Position numbers and translations under genes: made by a program. From Mobula hypostoma (lineage: Eukaryota): a stretch of DNA of 64,000 nt. The notes beneath the pieces are model-generated. The model was given only the letters and a program-made list of their open reading frames with translations, had not been told where the DNA came from and made no database searches. Below are positions 52,921-64,000 of this stretch, piece after piece. Within the stretch, counting starts at the first letter, position 1, and every line of letters begins with the position of its first letter. The stretch spans positions 30,072,001 through 30,136,000 of the forward strand of contig NC_086109.1 in the NCBI RefSeq assembly GCF_963921235.1. The letters are read 5' to 3'.

Positions 52921-53224
52921 TTTCTTTTTATTGCTACCAGCTGGTGAGAAATACTTTCTAAATGAAAATTGTTGTCTCAGAGTAGGTGAGCATGTACAGT
53001 ACAGTATAATGGCGGTAGCAAGCTACTTCAGTGATCAGATTAGGTAGTCATTCATTGATGTATAATAATCAGTACCAAGTCACAGGAGCTCCGTTATCTG
53101 ATTGTTGTACTGTGATGTTGGTAGTGATTGGTGTAGCAGAGGGTCACATTTTTTAAGGTTTTATGGTTTTTTACGGTTTTAATTGGAGATTATACTTGTG
53201 CAAATTCCATAAGAAATGGAGTAT

Positions 53225-53490
53225 TACAAACATGAGAAAATCTGCAGATCCAAAACAACACACACAAAATGCTGGAAGAACTCAGCAGACCAGGTTGTGT
53301 TTATGAAAAGGAGCGAACAGTTAACATTTTGGGCAGAGACCCTTCATCAAGTCCTTGATTCCATCCACAACAAACTCTTCAGTTTTCTCCTCCCAACCAA
53401 GGGCCTCAGCCCTAGACATCGACTGTTTACTCTTTTCCATAGCTGCTGCCTGGCCTGCTGAGTTCCTCCAGTGTTTTGTTTGTGGTGTTG
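53225..53490. mobile_element. Older Penelope-like fold-back remnant
   Basis: Inverted arms (AAAATGCTGGAAGAACTCAGCAG / CTGCTGAGTTCCTCCAGTGTTTT) with two degenerate hammerhead segments. TSD not clear. Confidence 0.65.
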
Positions 53491-54689
53491 TAAAAAAATA
53501 TGTTCTATTTCTTCTGGAGTATCTTACTCTGTGTTGCCAACTGACGTTATGGCTGCTCGCCTGGGATATCCGCTGGGTAGGCTTTCTCCTCCTCCTTTCT
53601 TCCCCTTGCTGCTTTCAGGCTCTTCTGAAGATTCTCGGGATTTGGGTCCCTTTCTCTTTGGCACCTCCTGCTATCATAGGCAAAGCTGTGTAGTGCACAG
53701 CACACAGCAAAGTCTTCACAAATGCCTGGTGCCAGTTTCTGTGGACAGATGCAAACAATAATCTGGCTCTCTTCCTGTTTACTCTGTATACCTCATACTT
53801 TAGATACAACTCTTGAGTGATGACTCCCTTCTGTTAGGTTGTTAGACATACCTTATTTTTTATTCTTTCTTACTTCTAATATTTGTATATCTGTGCACTT
53901 GTAATGCTACTCTGACACTAATTTCCTTTGGGATCAATGAAGTATCTTTCTATGTAGCTATCTATCTTTACTGTTTGTCTAGTTATCTTCTGTTGGAGGG
54001 AACGGACCTCACTGTCTCTGCCTCTTTGATCGCCTACACAGGCCAGATATTTGTCTATCGTAACAAACTTATTAGCTAGTACTGACAGGCCATCAGGGAG
54101 GTTAGTCATGTTGTAAGGCAGGAACTACTAATCCCCAGCCATGAACCCCACATCTCAGTGCTCAGCATCTTCACTGTTCAGCAGCATTCCTCACCAGCAG
54201 TTTCTCCTTGGGAGAGTTAGCAGAGTGTCTGCCAGGGTCTTAGCAAAGCAATGCTGTCATTAATGCATCTCCATATCTAATAATATAATAATCCTTTTCA
54301 ACCCAGACTCCACTGACACTTGTTCTTGGGAAACACATCTTGAATACTAAGTAGGCACTGGATAGCCACAGTAAAGTACAATACAAAATCTTTGTTTAAT
54401 GGCATGTCACTTCTTTACTTCCGACTACAGTTTCTTCTTGTGTCTCTCAGGAACTGGCGGTGATTTCTGCTATTCTTTGTTTCGAAGATTTAACAATCTT
54501 CTTTAATATTTAGTGCTAGATTACGTGTATCTATATTACTGTTGATGTACTGAGTTACTGTATCCACAGTAATGTAGATCTTCATCTACAATAATTTCAT
54601 TGTTGGTTCCTCTCCAATTCTTCTGAGTGACTGCTCAACTTAACAATATTAAACGGATCTTTTTGTATTTTACTTTAGCTACCTGGCTT

Positions 54690-55560
54690 GATGCGCAGTG
54701 TTAAAGTTACACACCACATTATCGCTTATTGTCGAGGCCAGAAAGCTCCGCTTTAATCTCATCCAACCAGAAGACCTTTGTCCATATTTTTACAGTATCT
54801 TCTAAGTGACACTTTGCAAAATCTTTATGGGCAAGAAAATGCACTTTTTTCAAGCCAGGTCTTCTTCCTTGCCACTCTTCCACAAATACCCTTTTTGTGC
54901 AAGGCCTTAGAGAATTTGCGAGCCACAAACATCATCTCCTGTTGCAGCCACTGACTTCTGCAGCTCACTCAGGGTGACTGTTGGCATCACAGCAGCCTCT
55001 CTTACAAGTGCCATTCTTCCCTGGCGACCAAATTTAGAAGGGTGGCCTGACCTTGGTAATGTGGCTGTGGTTTCATACTTTTTGATAATGGACTCCACTG
55101 AGCTCCAAGATATGTTCAGTGCCTTTGAGATGGTCTTGTATTCTTTCCTAGATTTGTGCTTCTCTATTACTATTTCCATGACCTGCCTTGAATGCTCTTT
55201 TGTCTTCATTTTGGTTTGGTCTGTTAAAAATCTACCATACTGTTGGACTTTAGAGAGAGAAGGGATATTTATTCTTATGAATTTCTTGAAAAGGTGATCC
55301 TCTACATCAACAAATTGGGTGAGTTGGTAAGGTAATACATACATTGCACCTGAGCAAAATTCATGTAGTAATCATAAAGGAGATGAATACTTTTTCAGCC
55401 TCACAATTTTGTTTTATAATTTTTTGTAAATTGTTGGCAGGGTTTGGAATTTTTCTTTTGATTTGATATGATGCACAATGTTTGTAGATTAGCTCAAAAA
55501 TTCCTATTTCAAAGTATTTTAAATTTAGAAAGTGAGACAGTAAAGTGTGAGAATAGTTGA
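54690..55560 (-). mobile_element. Tc1 transposon remnant
   Basis: MKTKEHSRQV..YKTISKALNISWSSVESIIKK..LPRSGHPSK (paired-like HTH and GRP-like motif), then FWLDE (first catalytic Asp). Confidence 0.85.
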
Positions 55561-56364
55561 TTTAACTATGACAGTGCTCTTTTTGTATATAAAATGTGGT
55601 CAACACCTCTCACAGAAACGAGTACCTACGAGAAAAAAATGTCTAACCTTGGAATTTTTCGACTAGCTTTTCTTGTGTGCAGAAAACCCCAAATACTTGT
55701 CACATTGAAGAAAGTTAACATAACAATCTAGTAATAACAATAGAAAAAAATCTGACAGGGTGAGCGTTTTGCTTTGCCCATATGCATCCTGACCTGTTAT
55801 GTTCTCCAGTATTTTCTGTTTTTATATCAGATTTCCTGCATCTGCAGTTTGTTTATCATTCTTGGCAGTCTGGTAATTTAGATGTAGATTTGTCCATTTT
55901 TGTTGTCCACTGCTGTCAATCCCTCAGGTTTGGTGATTGTCATCTTAGTCAGTTGACTAAAGACCTGATCAATGAACAATTCTTCCCAAGTTAAAAATAT
56001 TGTTTCTGAAGATGTAATTTTACTTTCAGAAATAATAGTATAATCTGAAAGACTGCGGAATATTTCCTGATCAGTTTGTTTTAAAGAGTGGAAATAATCT
56101 GTTAGATCTGATGTCTTAATTAGTGATTTCACTAAATTCCCCTGATTATATTGGAGAAGACTACAAAATGGTGTTGCCTCGAGAGCAAGAGGCAACAGCA
56201 GGTTTTTCAAGTTAAGTGATGTGAAATGGAAATCCTGATATTGCTGTCAATTCTGTGGAGCAGTAGTCAAAGTAAATTGTGAATCACAATTTGGTTTCAG
56301 AAGCATTTTGAAAATGTGCTTGCAGATATTATCATGATATACCAAAATATAATAATGGTATTAG

Positions 56365-57150
56365 TAAGTACTTTATTGATCCTGAGTGGGAAATTATTTT
56401 GTTACAACAATAACATTTAAAAACACAATTAGCAATAATAAATAATAAGTATAGAAACTAATAATAAAGTACAGTATAATATACACAATAATAGTTTACC
56501 ACAGTGCAATAATGTGCAATACTATGTAATAATAATATACCAAATAATAAAATAGACACTATTATACTATGATGCGTGTTCTCCTGTCGCACAGAGATGA
56601 ACTATTGTATATCATTATTGCATTTTTGTAGGAAAGATTTTCTGTATGGATCCATGTGACAGTGGAGCTGAACAAGCTTGTTCGAAAGGATGCTCTGCTG
56701 CTTATTCAGTAGGTTATGGAGAAGGTGTACCTGATGGTCCATGATGGATAATAGTTTGTTTAATGACCTCCTCTCCACCTCTAACTCAAGAGTCTGGTTT
56801 GTAGCCAAAGACGAATCCAAACTTTTTGATGAGTTTATTTATTCTTTTGGAATCATCAGCAGCTATGCTGCTCCCCCAACATAAAGCCACAAAGAAAACA
56901 GCACCCACTAAAACAGTAAAAGATCTCCAGCATCCTGCTGCATGCGTTGAAGCATATTAGCTTCCTTGGAAAATAGTCTGCTCGTTACCTTCTTCTAAAC
57001 CGCCTTGGTGTTGGTTTTCTAGTCAAGTCTGTTGATAATGTGAACACCCAAATATTTATACTTCTCCACCACTGCAACTTCTTCTCCCAGATTGTATGCA
57101 GAACCAGCCGTCTTCCTCCTCAGATCAATCATTACCATCACCCTGGTTTT
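56365..57150 (-). mobile_element. Decayed LINE RT 3' fragment (Rex/L2-like)
   Basis: Minus-strand YKYLGVH-like segment near 57040-57062 and ORF 56602-56820 ending ..RKSFL... Confidence 0.55.
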
Positions 57151-57289
57151 GGCCATCAATGCAAAATGGAATCTATTAATCTAAAATACCTATATGCTAT
57201 TTTAATAGAGCTGTTAACAAATTTATGTTTAGATGTTTAATTAAAATTTTAGAATTGAACTTGAAGCTTAAAAAAGCTCATGCTTTTAT

Positions 57290-57475
57290 CACAAACAAGA
57301 GAAAATCTGCAGATGTTGGAAATCTGAGCAACACGCACAAAGTGCTGGAGGAACCCAGCAGGCCAGGAGCATCTATGGAAAAAAGTACAGTCAACATTTT
57401 CGCCCAAATCGTCGAGTACTTTTTTCCATAGATGCTGCCTGTCCTGCTGAGTTCTTCCAGCATTTTATGTATATT
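57290..57475. mobile_element. Miniature Penelope-like fold-back insertion
   Basis: Inverted arms that meet within the hammerhead region. Perfect 14-bp TSD GCTCATGCTTTTAT (57276-57289, 57476-57489). Confidence 0.8.
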
Positions 57476-60205
57476 GCTCATGCTTTTATGTTTGTTGTGG
57501 GGTTTTGATGAACTTTGACTTATAACTGTGTTGGGACAACAAAAAAATGCTGCTTTATGAATCATGTTCCAGATTTAAACTTGTATATCTTCTGGATTTC
57601 TTGATTGCTTGCTTAGTTTGACTTTTAGGAAAATCCATTAAGCAATCAAACCTCTTGGGGTTTAATGTGGCGCAACCTTTGTACATTGCCACATGTCTGA
57701 CAGGATCTGAATTACTTGCAGCGTATTTGATGATAATCACATTTGGCCTTTTGTTTCATCCTTCCAGGGATTTATTTTGTTAAGACTGAGTATTAATAGC
57801 ATAATTAGGCATATCCTATAAAATAGAAACAGCTCTTGTTCTTATCCCACATGCCAGGAACTGTTACTCATTTTCTGCCTTTTCCTACAAGGCTTAGAAC
57901 TAATTAGAGCTCTTTAACAGCACTCAGAGTTCAGGCTTTTTATTATCACTCATCAGCCAGCTGTGATTGAGGAGATTAGTGTTCAAAGATATACAGCTTA
58001 GATACTGTGTGAAGAATTTTATTTGAAATAAATGTTTGAATAAATTTGTGTGCTTAATGAAAATAGTCAACCACAGTTTAGCTGCAGAACCTGACATTAT
58101 ATTGCTGTGGAAGCAGAATAAATCATCTTTATGTTATTGCAACTTGTGTGGAAACTTGTTCTATACCAAGAATGCATGATTTTTATCTGTAATTGTAAAC
58201 ATATTGTGTGATTCACTGTTACAGAGACTGCTTATATTATTAAGTTAGCATTCAAACTCATGTCATTGTGCAAAGTGAGGTATGCCTGTAGTACAGAGGG
58301 TGCTAAGTTTCAACTACTTGGGTAAGCTTTTCTTCCCAGGATTTTGGATGCAAAATGGATTTGGTGGCAAATGTATATTGTTCTGTCTTGGGTATTCTGA
58401 TCTCCTGGCTTGGCTGTGTAACCAGCAACACTGATTTTATGTTTTATCAATATATAGTTCCTGTAACATTTGGCAAAGTCACCATAAAATTGTAAATTGG
58501 GCATTAAAACCAGTCCACTTGATGTTGTTACATTAAATTTCACAAGGTAAACCAAACTTCACAGAACTGATTATCACACAACAAATTTGCTATATTCATT
58601 ATACTTCGTTTAATTTGTTTATTGATTTGTACAAAAATGAGAATACTATAATTTGTTGGAAAAGCTAATTGTTTTTGAGAAAATAATGGTGAGCTGCTTT
58701 ATTTGAATCTCCGCAATTTGTGTAATGGCACAATGATCTGTTAACTACACTTACAGGTGCGGAAGGAACTACAAAACATTTTCAAGTCAGGATAGTGTGT
58801 GACATGAACAGAAGCTTCCAGGTGGTGTTCTTATAAGATTTTTTCCTTTGGGTGTGGCAGCTTGCTGAGGTGCAGTTTGTAGGTGACACACCTTGTAACT
58901 ATGATAGTGCAATGGTAGTGGAGGGAATTAATATTTAGGATGAAAGATTGAGTGCCAATTAAACCAAATTGGATGACACCAAGTCTTTTAAGTGTTGTTG
59001 GAACAACACTTATTCATGCTTTGGGTGTGAAACCTTTTATATGGATGGTTGAGAGACTGGGTGGGGGGGGTTGCTATCAGAAGGTGAGTTGGTCAAGGAT
59101 GCCTGATGTCTAATTTACTCTCATGACTTCTATTGTTGAGGCTAATTTTGTTAACTTTGTGCTGTTTGGTAATCCTTTGGATGTTGCTGGTAGGAGACTC
59201 AACAATGTCAAGTGTGTTCTTTAAAAAAATAATGGCTGGTATTTGTTTGCTGGATATTACCTGCACCTTACCAGCCCAAGCCTTAATATTGTTTGGATTA
59301 TATTACTTGCAGAATGATTTGTGTATTGTGTAATCATCTGTACACATTCCCACTTCTGACCTTGCAACAAATTAAAAACATTGAGGAGACAGCAGAAATG
59401 ATTAGAAATCAACAAAAAAAAAACAGCAGAAGCTCAATGCATACACTTTATAGAAAATCCAGAGAAAGCCAACTATGATTCTGGGAACTTTTCCAAATAT
59501 ATGGAATGTTTTTAGATACCTCAGTATTCATTGCAACAAGAGATATAACAAAAAACGAGTCAAAGATTTATGATTTCATGATTTCAACCAATTCACAGGC
59601 ATGACTGTAGTTTTGTTTTGGCGCTTGGGTCTTCTACAATATTCTTTGTTCTTTCTGATTTGTCTTCATTTGCACTCTGTCATTTCCTTCTGTGGCTTTA
59701 GTTATAAATAGTCTTATCATTATAACTGATGCCTAAAACAATAAATTCTGATTAATAAATGTCTTGTTTCTTGTGATATAACTTATATTAAAATCTGGGT
59801 CTTTGTTCTTTCACTGGCTAGGACAAGAAGTATAAAAGGCAAGTAGATTTGAGAACCCATTCCAGTCTTTCACTTTAATGACTTCACTTCAATTGAGAAT
59901 TTTGTTGCAGCAGCCAGACTTAATACAGTTTTCTTTATTGTGCAAAATAAAGCTGTTAATGCACTCAAAAGCCCAAGAAAGCAAATGGTAATCAATAAAA
60001 ACAATTGCCAAATCCACTCTTCATTAGATGGAAAGTCAGAAACCTCAACTGCCTTAAAAAAAATCAGATATGATTTTTGTGCATTTTATCAGATTTTTTA
60101 GCATACTGTAACTGTTTCAAATTGATGCATTATGCCGTACAAGCAACACACATCAAAGTTGCTGGTGAACGCAGCAGGCCAGGCAGCATCTGTAGGAAGA
60201 GGTGC

Positions 60206-60241
60206 AGTCGACGTTTCAGGCCGAGACCCTTCGTCAGGACT
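60206..60241 (-). ncRNA. Minimal type I hammerhead ribozyme motif with intact core
   Basis: Minus strand reads AGUC CUGACGA AGGGUCUCGGCCU GAAAC GUC GACU. Confidence 0.78.
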
Positions 60242-60337
60242 CACAGAAGGAAGAGTGAGTAAGGGATTTGAAAGTTTTGAGGGGGAGGGGGAGAGCCCCT
60301 CCAACTTTCAAATCCCTTACTCACTCTTCCTTCAGTT

Positions 60338-60373
60338 AGTCCTGACGAAGGGTCTTGGCCTGAAACGTCGCCT
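60338..60373 (+). ncRNA. Minimal hammerhead ribozyme motif, core intact, one stem I mismatch
   Basis: AGUC CUGACGA AGGGUCUUGGCCU GAAAC GUC GCCU. Confidence 0.65.
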
Positions 60374-60623
60374 GCACCTCTTCCTACAGATGCTGCCTGG
60401 CCTGCTGCGTTCACCAGCAACTTTGATGTGTGTTGCTTGAATTTCCAGCATCTGCAGAATTCCTGTTGTTTGCATTATCCCGTACTGTGTGTTCATATAA
60501 TAAGGTCACATAGTAAATTATCCTTAGCTCCAGGAGTTTTAGTTCATCAAAATGGAAACATGACTGTACTATCCACTAGAATTAGAAACATAAAAAAAAA
60601 TAATTAATGTTTTCAATACTTAT

Positions 60624-60750
60624 ATAACCATATAACAATTACAGTTCGGAAACAGGCCATCTCGGCCCTTCTAGTCCGTGCCGAGCTCTTACTCTCACCT
60701 AGTCCCACCGACCTGCATTCAGCCCATAACGCTCCGTTCCTTTCCTGTAC
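60624..60750 (-). mobile_element. Short CR1-type 3' end fragment
   Basis: Closely similar to 9486-9610 inside the hAT element and related to the CR1 tail at 14392-14520. Confidence 0.7.
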
Positions 60751-61639
60751 AATTATAACAATACTTCACCAATAAAAGCCAAAGTGATATTTGTCTTTTT
60801 AATTACCTGCTTTTTGCATTTAATGCACATGAACACAGATATCCTTCTGTACTTCACTCACTTGCAAACTCTCTCCACTTAGATAATAGTCTGCTTTTAT
60901 ACCTCTTTCCCAGTGCAAGACCCCACACTTTTCTGCAAGAAACTCACCATCCCCATACCCTGTTAAAAACCGCCACATCTCAGCATATATTCTGCTGTTT
61001 CATGATTTGTACGCATGCAGTACTTGCCAGCGATTTAACAACTATAACCTGTTGACCATATGTAGTCAACCTCTTAAGCAGTGGTGTGGATTTTGAAGGC
61101 AGTGGTCAAGAGATAGTGTTTACCATTCATTATATTCATAGCATCTTAGTCGTTCTGTAAGGTTTGGAATGGCAATTAAGCATTCAGATATTTTTTTGTA
61201 AAATTATATATAGTAAGTGATGTGGACATAAAGATAGTATTAAAATAAGTAAGAGAAATACAAAAACAAAATTTTTTAAAAAATCTTGATCATAATTTAA
61301 TTTAAGAAATGTGCCTATTCTTGTTAAACTGTATTGTTAGTACTACAGAGGTCATTTGGCAATAGTCGTGACTTATCAGTTGAAAATTCTTTGCAGTGGA
61401 ATGCACAGATTGGAATTGTTCGGTGTTTTTATTTTAATAGATAGCTAATGAGAAATAACAGCAACTCCAAGCCCTTGTGCATTTTGGTGGTATGTTCATA
61501 GTAGGGTAACTTGGGCAACATTCAGATTTCTTAATGCTTATACCAAGCAAACTGTTGTTCACCTTCTTTCAAAATAGTATTGTTTGTTAACCTTGCTGAT
61601 ATCTGCAGAGTATGTTCTGCTTTGCCATATTGCATCAAT

Positions 61640-61990
61640 ATGTTGGGCTTAGGATAGATCCTCTGAGATGTTGATGCCCAAGGACTTGAAGCTGCTCACC
61701 CTTTCCACTGCTGATCCCTAGATGAGGACTGGTGTGTATTTTCCCCTTCCTGAAGTCCACAGTCAATTCTTTGGTCTTACTGTCATTGAGTGCAAGGTCG
61801 ATATAACACTCAACTATATCACTCCTGTGTATGCCTCCTCATCACCCTCTGAGATTCTGACAATGATTGTTGTGTCATTGCTAAATTTATAGGCGATGTT
61901 TCAGCTGTGCCTAACCACACCGTGATGAGAAAAGAGAGAATAGAGCAGTGGGCTATGCATTCATCTTTGAGGTGTGCTTGTGTTGATAAC
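61640..61990 (-). mobile_element. Rex-like RT fragment
   Basis: Reverse complement of the GSEVERVSSFKFL region seen at 14300-14390 and 23014. Confidence 0.6.
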
Positions 61991-62398
61991 CTCCTTTACC
62001 TGCTTCATTTTAATAAACACCATTACATATTTACTGCATTGGGAAACCTATGATCAATGTACGATGTGACCATTGCATGTACTAAGTCCAAGATATTTTA
62101 TTTTACGCCTAAACCTCTGAAATTTTTATACACTGCACAGTTTTTCTTTACTATTGATTATTCACTTGTAATATTTAATCAGCTCAATTTTATTGAAGGC
62201 AAGAATTTACTACATATCTATTTTGAAGATATTTACTTAAAATTTTGTATTCAAATTTGAAGGAGTGATCAATGTTCGCTTGAAATCTAGTGATCCATGT
62301 AATATAACATGCTTAAATGTATTGAAGTATGCTTTGGAAGTTATTACTATAAAGTTGATCAAGTTCATCTAAAATATGTATTATGTTTTCTTTTACAG

Positions 62399-62513
62399 AT
62401 TTTCGAACGAATTCTCTTCATATGGGCCATTCGACATCCAGCAAGTGGTTATGTTCAAGGAATTAATGACCTAGTTACTCCTTTCTTTGTGGTATTCCTT
62501 TCAGAGCACGTGG
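62399..62513 (+). CDS. TBC1D22B: TBC1D22B coding exon (115 nt, phase 0-1) with the YxQ glutamine-finger motif
   Basis: TTTTCTTTTACAG acceptor and GTATGT donor. Translates IFERILFIWAIRHPASGYVQGINDLVTPFFVVFLSEHV plus 1 nt, continuing the previous exon in frame. Confidence 0.95.
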
Positions 62514-63349
62514 GTATGTTTATATCATTCTTGCAGCTTGATGACAGGTTATAAACCATGAATGTATCGAGTAAATATACCTGAGATACTTGGTCACCTT
62601 GTTATTTAAGAGAACTAAAACAATAAGGTAAAAGGCTAAAGGTTAGACCATGTTTGTCATGTTACACAAATGGCGTTGTCTCTATCAACAAAACTCTTTT
62701 AAGGTACTAGAGAAAATGGAGAAAATTACAAGAACTAGACTGTGGGGATTTTAAAGAAACAATAGTGATGAGGTTTGATCTCTCAAAAAATGACTGCTGA
62801 AGTTTTTGAAAGACTTGAGTCATGAATGAAATTGCCTTGCCAACAAAGAATTTAAAAGAAATTTCTTTATACAGAGCATGTTTAAAGTGTATAACTTGCT
62901 TTCACATAAAACATTTGAGGCAGCTGCCTTTAAGGGGAAACTGAAGAGGAAAAAGTGTGAGTCAGAGGTATTTTGAAGGTGTGCAATAAATGGAAACAGA
63001 AATGGTAATAGATCTCTGCAAGAAGGCAGGTACCTTTTTCTCTTGCAGGAAGAAAGCATCCCTTTCAGTCTTAAATTGTTGCTGAGTGTTTGACTAGGAT
63101 AAACAGTATAACTTAGGAGGTTCCTTTTTCGTTTGAAGAAGAAACATCCCTGTAAAACTTAATGAAATGAAAAATACCTGAAATATTTCTTTTTAAAAGG
63201 AAATGGCCATTTCCACAATTACTGACAATAATTCTTGTTTTGAGAGGCTTTGGGCTCAGGCAACAGATTGCCATTGATTGAATAGCTGTAAGAATTATAT
63301 TTTTGGTTGTAAAAATCAACCTGTAAGGATTTCGGCACTTACTGCTAAA

Positions 63350-63545
63350 GGCAGCAGGGTAGCATAGTGGTTAGCACAACGATTTACAGTACCAGTGACC
63401 TTGGTTCAATTCCCGTTGCTTCATGTAAGGAGTTTGTATGTTCTCCCCATGACTGCGTGGGTTTCCTCCAGATGCTTCAGTTTCCTCCAGCAGTCCAAGG
63501 ACGTATCAGTTGGTGGGTTAATTGGTCATTGTAAATTGTCTTCTG
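63350..63545 (+). mobile_element. tRNA-derived V-domain-type SINE
   Basis: A box TAGCATAGTGG, B box GGTTCAATTCC, then GGAGTTTGTATGTTCTCCCC..GTGGGTTTCCTCC..TTTCCTCC. Confidence 0.75.
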
Positions 63546-63649
63546 ATAATCTCAGCCATTAGGCTCTATAAGGAGTCAACATATAGCCAGGGAAGTGATG
63601 ACCCCTTTCTGTTAGACTGTTTGAGGTAAGTTATGCATTGTCTCTGCCA

Positions 63650-64000
63650 TCTCAGCCTCTGAAGCTTGTAGCTCCTCTAGTTGTTATAGGTCTCTTGGTG
63701 GCTTACCTCATTAAGTCCCCTTTTTGTGTGGTTGCTCAGGTTTTGAAGATGGCCTGCTCTAGGCAGATTTACAGCTGTGCCACATTCTTTCCATTTATTG
63801 CTGATTGACTTAACTGTACTCCAAGGGATATTCAGTGGCTTGGAAATTTTCTTGTATCCGTCTCCTAACTTGTGCTTTTCAATAACCTTTTTGCAGAGTT
63901 GCTTGGAGTGTTCTTTTGTCTCCAGTGTAGATTCTGCCAGGATACTGACCAACAGCAGTTGGACCATCTAGATATAGGTGTATTTTTATTGTAACCAGTT
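63650..64000 (-). mobile_element. Tc1 transposon N-terminal fragment (runs off the window)
   Basis: ORF 63677-63967: ETKEHSKQLCKKVIEKHKLGDGYKKISKPLNIPWSTVKSI..LPRAG. Confidence 0.85.

Larger units (their letters stand above)
60141..60470. mobile_element. Young Penelope-like fold-back insertion forming a near-perfect hairpin
   Basis: 60140-60276 pairs with 60303-60439. 15-bp TSD TGCATTATGCCGTAC / TGCATTATCCCGTAC (60126-60140, 60471-60485). Confidence 0.88.

Noticed and set aside
60141..60470. DNA-transposon MITE or miRNA precursor interpretation of the hairpin
   Set aside because: The arms are homologous to GIY-YIG-bearing retroelement ends, vary in length between copies, are asymmetric, and have 14-15 bp TSDs unlike the hAT (8 bp) and Harbinger (3 bp) elements here.
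62309..62554. 81-aa ORF as a standalone gene
   Set aside because: Only 62399-62513 is coding. It is a spliced TBC1D22B exon, and the rest is intron read-through.
63350..63425. tRNA gene
   Set aside because: A and B boxes are present, but no clear cloverleaf forms and the sequence continues into a SINE body found elsewhere in the window.
1..64000. CRISPR arrays, operons or prokaryotic defence systems
   Set aside because: The sequence is eukaryotic intron/exon DNA. The short tandem repeats are LINE tails, and all RT domains belong to retrotransposons.

Overview
This is vertebrate genomic DNA. The repeat content (CR1 LINEs, V-domain SINEs, Penelope-like elements) suggests a cartilaginous fish such as a ray or shark, which is an inference. 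The window lies inside one + strand host gene, TBC1D22B (Rab-GAP, TBC domain). Three short coding exons (25518-25646, 27879-27944, 62399-62513) have canonical AG/GT sites and splice in frame. The rest is intron, densely filled with nested transposable elements: CR1, Rex1/Babar-like, L1, a HERO-like fragment, Gypsy/solo LTRs, hAT, Harbinger, Tc1 and SINEs. Nearly all listed ORFs are transposon fragments or their antisense shadows. The most striking structure is a family of Penelope-like (GIY-YIG) insertions with a repeated fold-back layout. Two 3' fragments sit in inverted orientation, each arm carries a minimal type I hammerhead ribozyme motif (AGUC-CUGAnGA-A-stem II-GAAACGUC-GACU), one arm is consistently shorter, and the whole unit is flanked by a 14-15 bp target-site duplication (TSD; four clear cases). 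Two of these insertions bracket a host exon. All calls were made by eye; no alignment or folding software was run.
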